Below are positions 54,342 through 64,000 of a stretch of DNA of 64,000 nt, piece by piece. This DNA comes from Thermoplasmatales archaeon (GTDB lineage: Archaea; Thermoplasmatota; E2; DHVEG-1). The stretch covers positions 2,012,848 through 2,076,847 of the forward strand of contig CP070724.1 in assembly GCA_020350825.1 (NCBI GenBank), written 5' to 3'. Both the position numbers and the translations under genes were made by a program. Position 1 is the first letter of the stretch. Each line of letters starts with the position of its first letter. The notes beneath the pieces were generated by a model. The model made no database searches. It saw only the letters and a list, made by a program, of their open reading frames with translations, and had not been told where the DNA came from.

Positions 54342-55499
54342 ATGAAAAAAGCTACTGCACTACTAATCATTTTTCTACTTTTAAACACCTCAATAGTAGC
54401 TATAGGTGGAGAATCGTCCTCTCCAAACAAATCAATTCTAGAAAAACAAATCGATAGATTACATTCGCTATCAATAACCAAACATAACAACAAAATTCAA
54501 AATTATAAAGAAAGATTGAATAACCGTTTTCAAAGCAAAGTAAATAATATAGTAGGTGACAATATTTTTTCACCTGAAGATATTGAGCTTAAAGACGATG
54601 CATTCCACGGAGCAGATACCCTGCATTTTACAGAATGGTGGTATTTTGATGCGGTATTTGATAATGGTTATACTGCACAGGTAGGTATAAGAGTTTTAGG
54701 TGTTATTAACCAGGGTATAGTTTCTGCAAGGCTTGACATATATAAAGAGGGAGAATTAGAATCACATGAGCTAAAAAAATATCTTATCTGGGATTTCTAC
54801 GCATCTAAGGATGTACCTCTTATAGAACTAAAGGATAAACAAGTGATGGATTGCCATATCAATGAAACCACAGGAGATTGGGTATATAACCTTTCTTTGG
54901 AGCTTGATAAATCATCTGTTGAGTTGTGTTTTGTTGGGCGTACAAAAGGCTGGAAAGGAAGTACACCGGGAGGCAAATGGGCAGTCATATTACCTAGAGC
55001 AGACGTAAGTGGTACAATTAAGTTAAAAAACGAAGAAATCAACGTTAGTGGTGTTGGGTATCATGATCATAACTGGGAAATAACAATATTTACTGGTATA
55101 AATTTTGGATGGTTTTGGGGAAAAGTGAATTCCAATAGCTATACGATGATATGGTCTAAAATAATGACAACAAGATTTTGGGGCCAGCCATTACTTGTAA
55201 TAAACAAGAAAAACAATGGTTATATGAATATCGAATCAGGAGATATCCAGTTTATCGCTAAGGATATTCGCATAGAAAAAGGAATGCTTGTACCTTACTC
55301 ATTTGATCTTAAAGTGCAGAAAGAGGATGTTTATCTCAAAGTTGACATAGAGGTTATAGATACACATCACGAAAGATGGGTTGGCATTATAAATTACTGG
55401 AGATATCATATAAAATGCACTGGTTCAATAACTATTGACTCTCAAACAGAGATTATCGACGATATACAATTAGCAGAATATATTAGATTTAGAAGATAA
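54342..55499 (+). CDS. secreted CrtC/AttH-like lipocalin-fold protein (paralog of 671-1615)
   Basis: Signal peptide MKKATALLIIFLLLNTSIVAIGG. FTEWWYFDAVFDNGY, WKGSTPGG and GYHDHNWE motifs. Confidence 0.45.
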   Translation: MKKATALLIIFLLLNTSIVAIGGESSSPNKSILEKQIDRLHSLSITKHNNKIQNYKERLNNRFQSKVNNIVGDNIFSPEDIELKDDAFHGADTLHFTEWWYFDAVFDNGYTAQVGIRVLGVINQGIVSARLDIYKEGELESHELKKYLIWDFYASKDVPLIELKDKQVMDCHINETTGDWVYNLSLELDKSSVELCFVGRTKGWKGSTPGGKWAVILPRADVSGTIKLKNEEINVSGVGYHDHNWEITIFTGINFGWFWGKVNSNSYTMIWSKIMTTRFWGQPLLVINKKNNGYMNIESGDIQFIAKDIRIEKGMLVPYSFDLKVQKEDVYLKVDIEVIDTHHERWVGIINYWRYHIKCTGSITIDSQTEIIDDIQLAEYIRFRR

Positions 55500-55523
55500 A
55501 TATTCGGAATTTTATTATTTTAA

Positions 55524-56844
55524 TTATCGATACATTCTTTTTAGTGGTTTACTCAGATGTCTTCTAGCGCACACTGGCACTTCATAAAAACCAGTATGAA
55601 TTATTCGTTTCTTTTTACGTACAATTGGTTTATCACTTTTAGTGCCACATATTTTACATTTATACCCCTGATCCATGCCCTTTGATTTCATATGCTTACC
55701 GCAATTTGGACAAACAGGATTTTCTAACTTTTCAAAAATTGTTGTGAGATGTTCAACATTAATCTTTTCAATGTTTAATGTTAAAGGTTGCTCACTAATA
55801 CTCCCATATACTTCCACAACATCCCCTATATAAAGGTTTCTTATAACGTTTCTAAATTCTTTTGTTGGTTCATAGGCAGCACAATCAATTGTTCCAGTAG
55901 TGTCTTTAATTTTCATAATTACATGACCTCCCTCTAATGTGTAAGGATTTTGAACAACTAAACCTCTTAATATAACTGATTGATAAGATTGAATATCTGC
56001 AATATTTTTTTTCTGAAGATGATCATCGGTTCCTTGATTAGTTTCAAAAATCAACCAGCTGTCAACTAGTTCTGATTCAACTATTGAATAAGCTTTCATC
56101 AAATCTTTTACATCATCTCCTCTAATTCCATATAGAATAGGACAGGGAGAATTTGGTACTAACCTGTTGTGTTTGTTTTCGTAATCGAAATTGTCAAAGG
56201 TAGTTTTACAAGATGTATCCATCTTTTTAACAGAATATGAATCCACATCTCGTTTAGTTCCCCATCTTCTTTGTTGCCTATATGAGATAAGTTCATATGT
56301 TCTATCCAACAAAGGTGACCAGGCAATAGCAGATGTTGCACCAATAAGGCCCCTGCTATTTTTGTATCCTTCAAAATCTGCTCCTATTGAGCTCAAGAAC
56401 GACTTTATTTCTGCAATAGTAACAATCTGAGTAACTGATTTTTTATACGTTTCCCCATTTGGCTGATCTTTTAGGATAACAAAACCAGGGTTTGTATTTT
56501 CGTCTTCTATTCTTGCGTTTTTTTCTACAATTTCTTTAACTATATTTTTTATTTTTTTATTGTCTGATTTCTCAAGATCACGTGTTAATTTAAGAGAAGA
56601 TACAATGTCTTTACCATTAATCTCTCCAATCTTTATCTTTTTTTTACCTTCTTTTCCCACTTGTATCGAAATTGCACCATTCCCTCTTGTTTTCCAAGGT
56701 ATATTGGGATTTAATCTTACAAGACGGGGATATCCAATAATATCATATTTTTCCAATAATTTTTTAATTACAGTTCTTGCGACATAGGTTGTGCATCCAC
56801 CATTTATTGAATCAGTGTCATCAATACCTATCCAGATTATTTCA
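55524..56844 (-). CDS. tiaS: tRNA(Ile2) 2-agmatinylcytidine synthetase TiaS; N-terminal region apparently frameshifted
   Basis: YPRLVRLNPNIPWKTRGNGA kinase-domain motif. C-terminal Zn ribbon CPNCG...CKICG. The conserved IGIDDTDSINGGCTTYVA is encoded in-frame upstream of the track start, but the ATG at 56844 is one base out of frame across a T5 homopolymer. Confidence 0.8.
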
Positions 56845-56888
56845 CCAAAAACATTATTATATAAGATATACTTTAAGTTTCATCTACA

Positions 56889-57839
56889 ATGGAAAGAAAT
56901 GAGCTACTAGGAAGCATCAGAGATGTCCTAATCAATGCAGGATTCTATGTCTCAGATTTACATTCTATTCGCCTAACTGGTTTTGACATAGTTGCAAGAA
57001 GAGATGACTCACTGCTTATAATCAAAGTTTTGACCAATGTTGATTCCTTATCAGAGGATGTTGCAAATGAATTAAAGACATTATCTTCACTTCTGAAAGG
57101 ATGCCCATTGCTAATCGGCGAAAAGAACGGATCTGGCATTCTCGAAGACGATGTTGCATATTACAGATTTGGCATACAAGCCATTACATTAGACACGCTC
57201 AAAAACCATTTACTTGAAGGAATACCTATAAAAATATATGCAGCACCTGGCGGACTTTATGTACATCTTGATGAAGAAAAACTTCGAAAAATTAGAGAAG
57301 AAAAAAACATTTCTTTGGGAGCATTTGCAAGATATGTTAACGTATCTCGAAGGACAGTACGTATGTATGAAGAAGGCATGAATTCCAGAATCGAAGTTGC
57401 CAATAGAATAGAAGAACTTTTAGAAAGCTCCATTACTATTCCTATAAATCTTTTTAAAAATCCATTTATTGACAATAAAATCACCCCTACTTATCACAGT
57501 GAAACAGAAAATATTGAAGCTTTTCAAAGAGAAATATTTTCCCTACTCCAAAATGTTGGCTATAAAATAATTCCAATGGACAGATGTCCATTTGAAGCTT
57601 TAAGTAAGGATAAAGAAAAAATACTATTAACATGTGTACACAAATATAATAAAAAATTACTCAAGAAGGCTCAAGTTGTAAGTAGCATATCTAAAATAAC
57701 TGAGAAACACGCTGTTGTTTTTACAGATAAAAATGTCAATAAAAGAAATGTAGAAGGTACTCCGATTATCATAAAGAAGGAATTAAAAAGGGTAAAAGAT
57801 CCGGAAGAAGTTTATGAGTTGATTATTAAGAGGATTTAA
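56889..57839 (+). CDS. archaeal conserved HTH (XRE-type) domain protein, COG1395-like
   Basis: Central HTH ISLGAFARYVNVSRRTVRMYEEG. Confidence 0.5.
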   Translation: MERNELLGSIRDVLINAGFYVSDLHSIRLTGFDIVARRDDSLLIIKVLTNVDSLSEDVANELKTLSSLLKGCPLLIGEKNGSGILEDDVAYYRFGIQAITLDTLKNHLLEGIPIKIYAAPGGLYVHLDEEKLRKIREEKNISLGAFARYVNVSRRTVRMYEEGMNSRIEVANRIEELLESSITIPINLFKNPFIDNKITPTYHSETENIEAFQREIFSLLQNVGYKIIPMDRCPFEALSKDKEKILLTCVHKYNKKLLKKAQVVSSISKITEKHAVVFTDKNVNKRNVEGTPIIIKKELKRVKDPEEVYELIIKRI

Positions 57840-57936
57840 CCTAATTTAATAGCTACCCAGTTAACCAAACTTTTATAAATAAGGTTATTATTCCCGAGAA
57901 CTACACTATCCTATGGAGTAATTAAGCCATAGCTTA

Positions 57937-58593
57937 TTGTTGATTCAAATGATAGACAAGAAGGTAGTCGAATTAGTTCAGAAGGCTTTGGATGAATCCA
58001 AAAAGCTGGATCGGAAATTCAAGCAAAATATTGACTTAGTCATTAATTTAAAAAATGTTGATCTCGAAGATGCTAAAAATAGGATAGATGAAGAAATCAT
58101 TCTTCCACGTGGAAGAGGAAAAGAATCAAAAATAGCGATTTTTGCAAGTGGTGAGCTTGCACTAAAAGCAAAGGGAAAAGTGGATCTTATTATCAAACCT
58201 GAAGAAATTGAAGATCTAGCCAAGGATAAAAAGAAGTTTAAAAAGATAACAGATGAACATGATTTTTTTATTGCAGAAGCACCACTTATGCCCACAATCG
58301 GTAAAACATTAGGTGTTGTCCTAGGTCCAAGAGGAAAAATGCCAAGACCAATACCTCCTCATATTAACGTTACAGGTATTGTAAAAAATCTGAGACAAAC
58401 GATAAGGTTACGATCTAAGGCAAATAAAACATTTCATGCTATCGCAGGTAAAGAAGAAATGGGTAAAGAGCAAATCGCAGAAAATATTGATACGATTATA
58501 AAACGATTGGAATCAAAATTAGAACGAGGACGAATGAATATCAGATCAATTCATGTCAAGACAACGATGGGACCTTCGGTGCGAATAATTTAA
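57937..58593 (+). CDS. rpl1: 50S ribosomal protein L1 (uL1)
   Basis: 218 aa, L1 family (…GRGKE…, …GPRGKMP…). Confidence 0.9.
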   Translation: MLIQMIDKKVVELVQKALDESKKLDRKFKQNIDLVINLKNVDLEDAKNRIDEEIILPRGRGKESKIAIFASGELALKAKGKVDLIIKPEEIEDLAKDKKKFKKITDEHDFFIAEAPLMPTIGKTLGVVLGPRGKMPRPIPPHINVTGIVKNLRQTIRLRSKANKTFHAIAGKEEMGKEQIAENIDTIIKRLESKLERGRMNIRSIHVKTTMGPSVRII

Positions 58594-58604
58594 GGTGTAA
58601 TGAT

Positions 58605-59486
58605 ATGGCTCATGTTGCAAAATGGAAGGTTAACGAAGTAGAACAGATTACCAATCTTTTGTTAAATAAAAAAATAGTTGGAATAGCAAAAATCGGAGGT
58701 ATACCAGCCCCACAGCTTCAAAAAATGAGAGAGAACATTCGTGACAAGGCCCAAATTCGTTGTGTAAAAAATTCTCTGATATTAAGAGCTTTAGATGAAG
58801 CAGAAAAAAAAGTTAAGGGAATAAATGGATTGAAAAACGAAATCAAAGGCCAAGCTGCAATAATATCTACAGATTTGAATCCTTTTAAACTCTTTAAAGA
58901 GATAAAAACAACGAGAACAATGGCACCTGCAAAAGGAGGGGAAACTGCAACACATGATATAGAAGTAAAAACAGGAGATACTCCTTTCAAGCCGGGACCG
59001 GTTGTCGGAGAACTACAAAAAACGGGCATTCCAGCAGCCATTCAAGAAGGTAAGGTTGTCATTAAGAAAGATAAAGTAATTGTACCTGCTGGAGAAAAAA
59101 TACCTGTAGATGTCGCACAAATGCTCACAAGACTTGAAATATTTCCAATTGAGATCGGCATGAATCTTAATGCAGTCTTTGCGGATGGGACCATTTACAA
59201 ACCAGATGTTTTAGATATTGATATGGATAAATTTATAATACAATTACGACAAGCATCATCAAATGCATTTGACCTCGCCATAGAAGTTGCTTGGCCCAAC
59301 AAATCAACAATTAAACAGTTATTGCTAAGAGCACATAGCAATGCCCATACGCTTGCTTTGGAGAAAAATATCTACACAAAAGACACAATAAAACAATTGC
59401 TGTCAAAGGCCAATGTATCTATGCTTTCAATAGCATCGCATGCGAAAGATGCATTAGATGATGATTTAAAGAAAAAATTAACATAG
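58605..59486 (+). CDS. rpl10: 50S ribosomal protein L10 / acidic P0 (uL10), archaeal
   Basis: [12 protein letters not shown]... P0 N-terminus. Stalk protein positioned between L1 and P1. Confidence 0.9.
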   Translation: MAHVAKWKVNEVEQITNLLLNKKIVGIAKIGGIPAPQLQKMRENIRDKAQIRCVKNSLILRALDEAEKKVKGINGLKNEIKGQAAIISTDLNPFKLFKEIKTTRTMAPAKGGETATHDIEVKTGDTPFKPGPVVGELQKTGIPAAIQEGKVVIKKDKVIVPAGEKIPVDVAQMLTRLEIFPIEIGMNLNAVFADGTIYKPDVLDIDMDKFIIQLRQASSNAFDLAIEVAWPNKSTIKQLLLRAHSNAHTLALEKNIYTKDTIKQLLSKANVSMLSIASHAKDALDDDLKKKLT

Positions 59487-59497
59487 GAGGAAAAAAA

Positions 59498-59818
59498 ATG
59501 GAGTATGTATATAGCGCAATGCTTCTTCATTCCGCAGGCCAAAAGATAACTGAAGAGAATGTAAAAAAAGTTCTCACTGCCGCTGGTGCAAAGCCCGATA
59601 GTGCAAGAATTAAAGCATTGGTAGCGTCTCTTGACGGTGTAAATATCGATGAGGCGATCAAAACAGCCGCAGTTCCAGTAATTGCAGCCGAAGCACCTAC
59701 ACAAGCTGCTAAAGAACCTGCCGAAGAGAAAAAAGAAGAGAAAAAGAAGAAAGAAGAAAAGAAAGAAGAAGTCTCTGAAGAAGAGGCTGCAGCTGGACTT
59801 AGCGCATTATTCGACTAA
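59498..59818 (+). CDS. rpl12: 50S ribosomal protein L12 / P1 stalk protein, archaeal
   Basis: [14 protein letters not shown]... P1 N-terminus. Ala/Glu/Lys-rich hinge and conserved C-terminal GLSALFD. Confidence 0.9.
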   Translation: MEYVYSAMLLHSAGQKITEENVKKVLTAAGAKPDSARIKALVASLDGVNIDEAIKTAAVPVIAAEAPTQAAKEPAEEKKEEKKKKEEKKEEVSEEEAAAGLSALFD

Positions 59819-59880
59819 ATGTAAAGGATTGTTATCTCTAAAAACAACCTTCTTCTTAGTTTTACATTATAGGAATTATG

Positions 59881-59999
59881 TTGATAAAAAAGGGAGCTGC
59901 AATTAGAAGTGGGGGACGGGATGCATTGGATAGGAGGAATGTAACTTTAGTGGAAAGCAGATTCCTAAAGCAGCCTCCCCAACTTCTTTGCTGTGTCCC
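59881..59999. other. GC-rich interlocked inverted repeats (A-B-A'-B' order); candidate structured RNA or bidirectional terminator
   Basis: A gggagctgc (59884-59892) pairs with A' gcagcctcccc (59961-59971). B tgggggac (59902-59909) pairs with B' gtccccca (59992-59999). The element sits between convergent genes. Confidence 0.35.
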
Positions 60000-60140
60000 C
60001 CATTTTCAAATATCTTTTTTAAATAAATAGTTTTCTCTTACATTTTACATACCGTCGGAATTTAAAAATAACTGGAGTAACAGAACCTATTAATTTTTAG
60101 TAAGAAAATTATGTTAATTCTGTTTTAAACAGTTAATAAC

Positions 60141-62012
60141 TTAGCTATAACCACCAATCATGAGACTTGGATCGCCTAATAGTAAGAATTCTTCAATTGT
60201 GAAATAATCTTCCCAAACGTTATTTATGTAATCATTTTGTGCATAGGTCAGCATTTCTCCTGCTGTTACTCCCTCTTCATATGCCTTGAAGAATTGAACA
60301 TTTAAATATCCTGCTCCAGCATAAACTCCATCATTGTCTACCCATGTATAGGCAGTTCGAGTAGCACCTATCGTTGCTATTGCACCTCCGTTTTCTTTCT
60401 TTAGAAACCACCAAGCAAAACAAGGATAGAAAACCGAAGGGTCATCTTCTATTTTTGTAAAGATGAGCAGGAATTTTACAAAATTAGGAAAGTACTCTTC
60501 TAGATCGGCAATGGTAAAATCGAGTTTTGTGGTAAGGCAAGCGTCAAAGAAAACAACAGGTAGCTTGTGGTTGTTTTTTAGGCCCATTATAAATGGCGAA
60601 TAATAAATAATCATCCTCTTTTTTGAGATAGCATTTGGACGATAGGTGCCCCACCCATGCTCAAATCCATGACCTGAATAGCTAACAAAACCTGCACCTT
60701 TTGTAATTGCTATGTTAAAGGTAATAGCGTTTAAATTACGTTTAGATGCCCATAATTTAACATGTGTAAAGTCAGGTAGTTGTTCTGCAACTTTTTTATT
60801 TGTTATTTCTCCCTCAAAAACAAATGGTGGCGCTCCATTAGCTACAGGGAACGTATCTCCGCCAGCAAGTATTATTTTTTTGAACCAGATTTGATCATAG
60901 GTTTCTTTTTCATAATTTATTATTTTGTTGACAACAATATCTAACTCGTTTTCATTAGTACAAGATATACGACCAATGTGTACATCAGCATATAAATCAA
61001 CACCGTCGATATTGATCATTTGAGGTGGAAATCCGCCCTCAAAAGATACCTCACCAAAAAGGTTATTCTCGTTTGTATCCCAGCTACAGAAACTACCGTT
61101 TTCATCATATATATCAGCATAATAGAGATCCGAGAGGATGTCAGGCTCCCACATTGAAGCATAGGTCGTTCTTATGGGTAGTTTTTTAATGTCCCCTACT
61201 AAGAGTACGTAGTGAGTGTCCCATTCTTCAACAGCATATTTAACAAAATATTTTATTTTTTCAGCCTCATCCCTTCCAGGAAAGTTTGCATAGATGTCTT
61301 CCAATATCACAAGGTTTGTCTCTAAACTATAACTATTCTTATGGTGAATTAAGGGTTCAAGGTTATCGGAAAATTCAAAGGGAGCTATGATAACAAGATC
61401 GTACATATCAGAAATTGTTATTAATTCTTGTTCTTCATACTTAATGCTTACCTCAACTTGCCTAATATATTGAATGGAATTTTCTAAAGGAATATATCTA
61501 GCAGGATAAATGTGTAATGAAAGAAATAGTACATGATCATTATTCTTATTAAGACCAGCTCCAGTAGTATATCTACACCACTCACCGGGGTATGGTTCAG
61601 AACTGGTATACACATCTTGATTAAACGTTGTCGCCGTGGTGACTATTGTATCATCTGTTTTTTGTTTAGATGGCACTGGTTTAACTTGTTTTTCAACGTA
61701 CATAGTTTTTACTTTTGAAGGCGTAACTTTTACATCTGTTACTTTTGTTCCGAGTGGAAATTCTAATGTTTTTGAAAAAACCGGCATCATTGGTGCTTCA
61801 TCATAAGTCATAAAAGAATTTATCTCTTTAACGTATAATTCTATAAATTCCACATTATCTATAATCACTGGCTCCGAGAAATCTTGAATAAATTCTATGG
61901 TTTCTGATTTAGAAGCAAAAACACCCTTATTTAATGTACTAGTAACACCTGGAGCAATTCCCATTCCAATAAACAGTATAATTATTCCTATAGCAAATTT
62001 TCTTTTATCCAT
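60141..62012 (-). CDS. secreted peptidase family C25 (gingipain-like)
   Basis: Signal anchor MDKRKFAIGIIILFIGMGIAPGV. His context VSYSGHGFEHGW and Cys context VVFFDACLTTKLD. Confidence 0.65.
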   Translation of the reverse strand: MDKRKFAIGIIILFIGMGIAPGVTSTLNKGVFASKSETIEFIQDFSEPVIIDNVEFIELYVKEINSFMTYDEAPMMPVFSKTLEFPLGTKVTDVKVTPSKVKTMYVEKQVKPVPSKQKTDDTIVTTATTFNQDVYTSSEPYPGEWCRYTTGAGLNKNNDHVLFLSLHIYPARYIPLENSIQYIRQVEVSIKYEEQELITISDMYDLVIIAPFEFSDNLEPLIHHKNSYSLETNLVILEDIYANFPGRDEAEKIKYFVKYAVEEWDTHYVLLVGDIKKLPIRTTYASMWEPDILSDLYYADIYDENGSFCSWDTNENNLFGEVSFEGGFPPQMINIDGVDLYADVHIGRISCTNENELDIVVNKIINYEKETYDQIWFKKIILAGGDTFPVANGAPPFVFEGEITNKKVAEQLPDFTHVKLWASKRNLNAITFNIAITKGAGFVSYSGHGFEHGWGTYRPNAISKKRMIIYYSPFIMGLKNNHKLPVVFFDACLTTKLDFTIADLEEYFPNFVKFLLIFTKIEDDPSVFYPCFAWWFLKKENGGAIATIGATRTAYTWVDNDGVYAGAGYLNVQFFKAYEEGVTAGEMLTYAQNDYINNVWEDYFTIEEFLLLGDPSLMIGGYS

Positions 62013-62112
62013 GTTTTTTATCCCCTAAGATTAGTTATTGTCAATCATTATTAATTAATTATTACATAGGTAAACTTATTATTTAAGATTTTTTATATAT
62101 TGAGGTTTGACA

Positions 62113-62622
62113 CTATTTTCTTTTTTTCAATAGATACTTAGTGTCTTTACCAAGATCTAAGAAATAATCTGCCACCTCATTTAACTTATGAGAAGTTGTT
62201 TTTCCAAAAGCTACTACCTCGGCTCTACAGCCCAGGCTTTTTGCATGTTCCAACAAATCAGAGAAGTCTCCATCTCCACTTACCAGTACGATCGTATCGA
62301 GTTTTGGCGCTAGCCTCATTACATCCATAGCAATTCCCACATCCCAATCTCCTTTTTTGGCCCCTCCATAGAATATCTGAAGTTCCTTTGATTTTACTTC
62401 AAAGCCCATATCTGCTAATGCATCATAGAATGTGTTTTCATCCTTCACATCTGCTTTTATAACATAAGCAATGGCTCTAATGAGTTTTCTGCTGTCAATA
62501 GCTTCTTTTAAAATTGTCTTGAAATTTACTTTACATTTGTATAAGTGTTTTGCAGAATAATACATGTTTTGTACGTCAACAAACACGCCAATTCTTTGAT
62601 TTATGTGTCTTGATTTTGTCAT
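62113..62622 (-). CDS. NYN-domain (LabA-like) protein
   Basis: IGVFVDVQNMYYSAK ... IVLVSGDGDFSDL, typical NYN/LabA acidic residues. Confidence 0.7.
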   Translation of the reverse strand: MTKSRHINQRIGVFVDVQNMYYSAKHLYKCKVNFKTILKEAIDSRKLIRAIAYVIKADVKDENTFYDALADMGFEVKSKELQIFYGGAKKGDWDVGIAMDVMRLAPKLDTIVLVSGDGDFSDLLEHAKSLGCRAEVVAFGKTTSHKLNEVADYFLDLGKDTKYLLKKRK

Positions 62623-62756
62623 ATATTTATTTCGTAACGTCTATTATCTATAAAAAACAATAGCTATGAATTATTAAAAAATTATAGCTTTATCAGAGAT
62701 AGAATTTAAATATTAAAAGCTATATACTGCCTCACTTCTATCTAAACAGGTGAATC

Positions 62757-63188
62757 ATGGGTAAAGGAATAAATGCAGCAAGAAAACTTAAAAAAAGCAG
62801 AAAAAAGCAATCATGGAGTGATAGACATTACAAGAGAAGAGTCTTACATTTAAAAGAGAAATCAGATCCTCTTGGTGGAGTTGCTCAAGCAAAAGGTATT
62901 GTTATTGAAAAAGTGGGCATAGAGGCAAAACAACCTAATTCTGCCATTAGAAAATGTGTTAAAATACAACTTATAAGAAATGGTAGACAAATTACTGCAT
63001 TTACTCCCGGAGATAATGCAATTGGTTTTATTGATGAGCACGATGAAGTTGTTGTAGAAGGAATTGGTGGCAGAATGGGAAGAAGTTACGGGGATATTCC
63101 TGGTGTCCGCTTTAAAGTAATAAAGGTTAATGATGTATGCTTACAAGAACTTGTTAGAGGAAAGGTTGAGAAACCAATGAGACGATAA
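62757..63188 (+). CDS. rps12: 30S ribosomal protein S12 (uS12)
   Basis: Archaeal S12: [27 protein letters not shown]. Confidence 0.95.
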   Translation: MGKGINAARKLKKSRKKQSWSDRHYKRRVLHLKEKSDPLGGVAQAKGIVIEKVGIEAKQPNSAIRKCVKIQLIRNGRQITAFTPGDNAIGFIDEHDEVVVEGIGGRMGRSYGDIPGVRFKVIKVNDVCLQELVRGKVEKPMRR

Positions 63189-63190
63189 AC

Positions 63191-63784
63191 ATGAGCGATA
63201 AAAAAGACGTAAAGGAAAACACAGAATTTTTTCCAATATTGGGAAAGTACGATGCAAGTACTGTTAAAATTGAAGACAGAGGATTAGAAAAATATATAAA
63301 AATAGATACCAAGGATTTATTCCTTGGAGCTCCACATGCAAATAGATTATTTGGTAAGTCCAAGGTCCCCATTATTGAAAGATTAATTAACAATTTAATG
63401 AGGACAGAAATGTACACGGGTAAAAAAACAAAATCCTACAAAGTAGTAAAGACGACATTTGGAATAATTGAAAAAAGGACAAAGGGGAATCCTATACAGG
63501 TTTTTGTAGACGCGCTTCAAAATGCGGCACCAAAAGAAGAGACAACAAGACTACGTTTTGGAGGCATTTCAGTTCCAAAAGCAGTTGACATTGCACCACA
63601 GAGGCGTTTGGATACCGCAATACGAAACATTTGCCTAGGGGCTCTTAATGCAAGCCATAAGAATAAAAAAAACATTGAATCATGTCTTGCTGACGAAATA
63701 ATAAAAGCAAGCAAAAACGATCCCGCTTCTTTTTCGATAGCAAAGAAAAATGATGTGGAACGTATTGCTCGATCAGCCAGATAA
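63191..63784 (+). CDS. rps7: 30S ribosomal protein S7 (uS7)
   Basis: 197-aa S7-family protein immediately after S12. Confidence 0.9.
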   Translation: MSDKKDVKENTEFFPILGKYDASTVKIEDRGLEKYIKIDTKDLFLGAPHANRLFGKSKVPIIERLINNLMRTEMYTGKKTKSYKVVKTTFGIIEKRTKGNPIQVFVDALQNAAPKEETTRLRFGGISVPKAVDIAPQRRLDTAIRNICLGALNASHKNKKNIESCLADEIIKASKNDPASFSIAKKNDVERIARSAR

Positions 63785-63813
63785 AATTTTAGAATTTTAT
63801 AGGGGCAACTATT

Positions 63814-64000
63814 ATGGGAAGAAAAGAAGATAATATTGCAAAAGCAAAGAATCTGATGAATAAATTAGATTATATCCGTAACATTGGTATAGCTGCACAT
63901 ATTGATCATGGAAAAACAACACTTTCGGATAACTTGCTTGCGGGTTGCGGAATGATGAGTGAGGAACTTGCAGGTAAACAGCTGGTTCTTGATTATGACG
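63814..64000 (+). CDS. fusA: elongation factor 2 (aEF-2), N-terminal fragment (runs off the right edge)
   Basis: [49 protein letters not shown] carries the G1 motif AHIDHGKTT. Canonical S12-S7-EF2 order. Confidence 0.9.
   Translation, partial: MGRKEDNIAKAKNLMNKLDYIRNIGIAAHIDHGKTTLSDNLLAGCGMMSEELAGKQLVLDYD

Noticed and set aside
57840-57936. L1 autoregulatory mRNA leader (rRNA-mimic L1 binding site)
   Set aside because: I could not identify the characteristic L1-binding motif by eye. Left as a suggestion under the L11-absence finding.

Overview
This window reads as an AT-rich archaeal chromosome segment. Archaeal-type ribosomal proteins L1, P0 and P1 sit at 57.9-59.8 kb, and S12, S7 and the start of EF-2 at 62.7-64 kb. 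ABCE1, the TiaS agmatidine synthetase, archaeal-type GlyRS, RNase Z, a Trm11-like methyltransferase and an HTH-riboflavin-kinase fusion are also present. One tRNA-Gly(GCC) lies on the minus strand at about 54112-54183. No rRNA genes or CRISPR arrays are visible.

Housekeeping genes (glyA, dCMP deaminase, an M24 peptidase, a CPA2 antiporter) are mixed with a large set of secreted hydrolases. These include two gingipain-like C25 peptidases, an M14 carboxypeptidase, a PQQ-repeat beta-propeller protein and several PKD-domain proteins. Lysine catabolism genes (lat, plus separate LKR and SDH genes resembling the two halves of eukaryotic AASS) suggest a protein- and amino-acid-degrading lifestyle. 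I would guess a Thermoplasmatota-like sediment archaeon, but that is inference only.

The regions that look accessory or unusual, in window order:
1. A gene-poor 2.5-kb stretch (9.0-11.5 kb) containing structured hairpins.
2. A bacterial-type pfkA-fba (class II) cassette bracketed by two ~160-bp direct repeats that carry a hairpin with a compensatory base-pair change between the copies.
3. Immediately after the second repeat, a two-gene module (membrane protein plus EEP-family nuclease) inside a small island that also holds two secreted proteins sharing a ~50-bp upstream element and an orphan AbrB-type antitoxin.
4. An eRF1/Pelota-family paralog with GGW(SQ) in place of GGQ and a C-terminal zinc ribbon, close to ABCE1.
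5. A frameshift-split Cas4-like nuclease next to it.
6. A bacterial-type PolX-LigA(NAD+) repair operon.

All calls rest on motif-level reading of the supplied ORF translations. No database searches were run.
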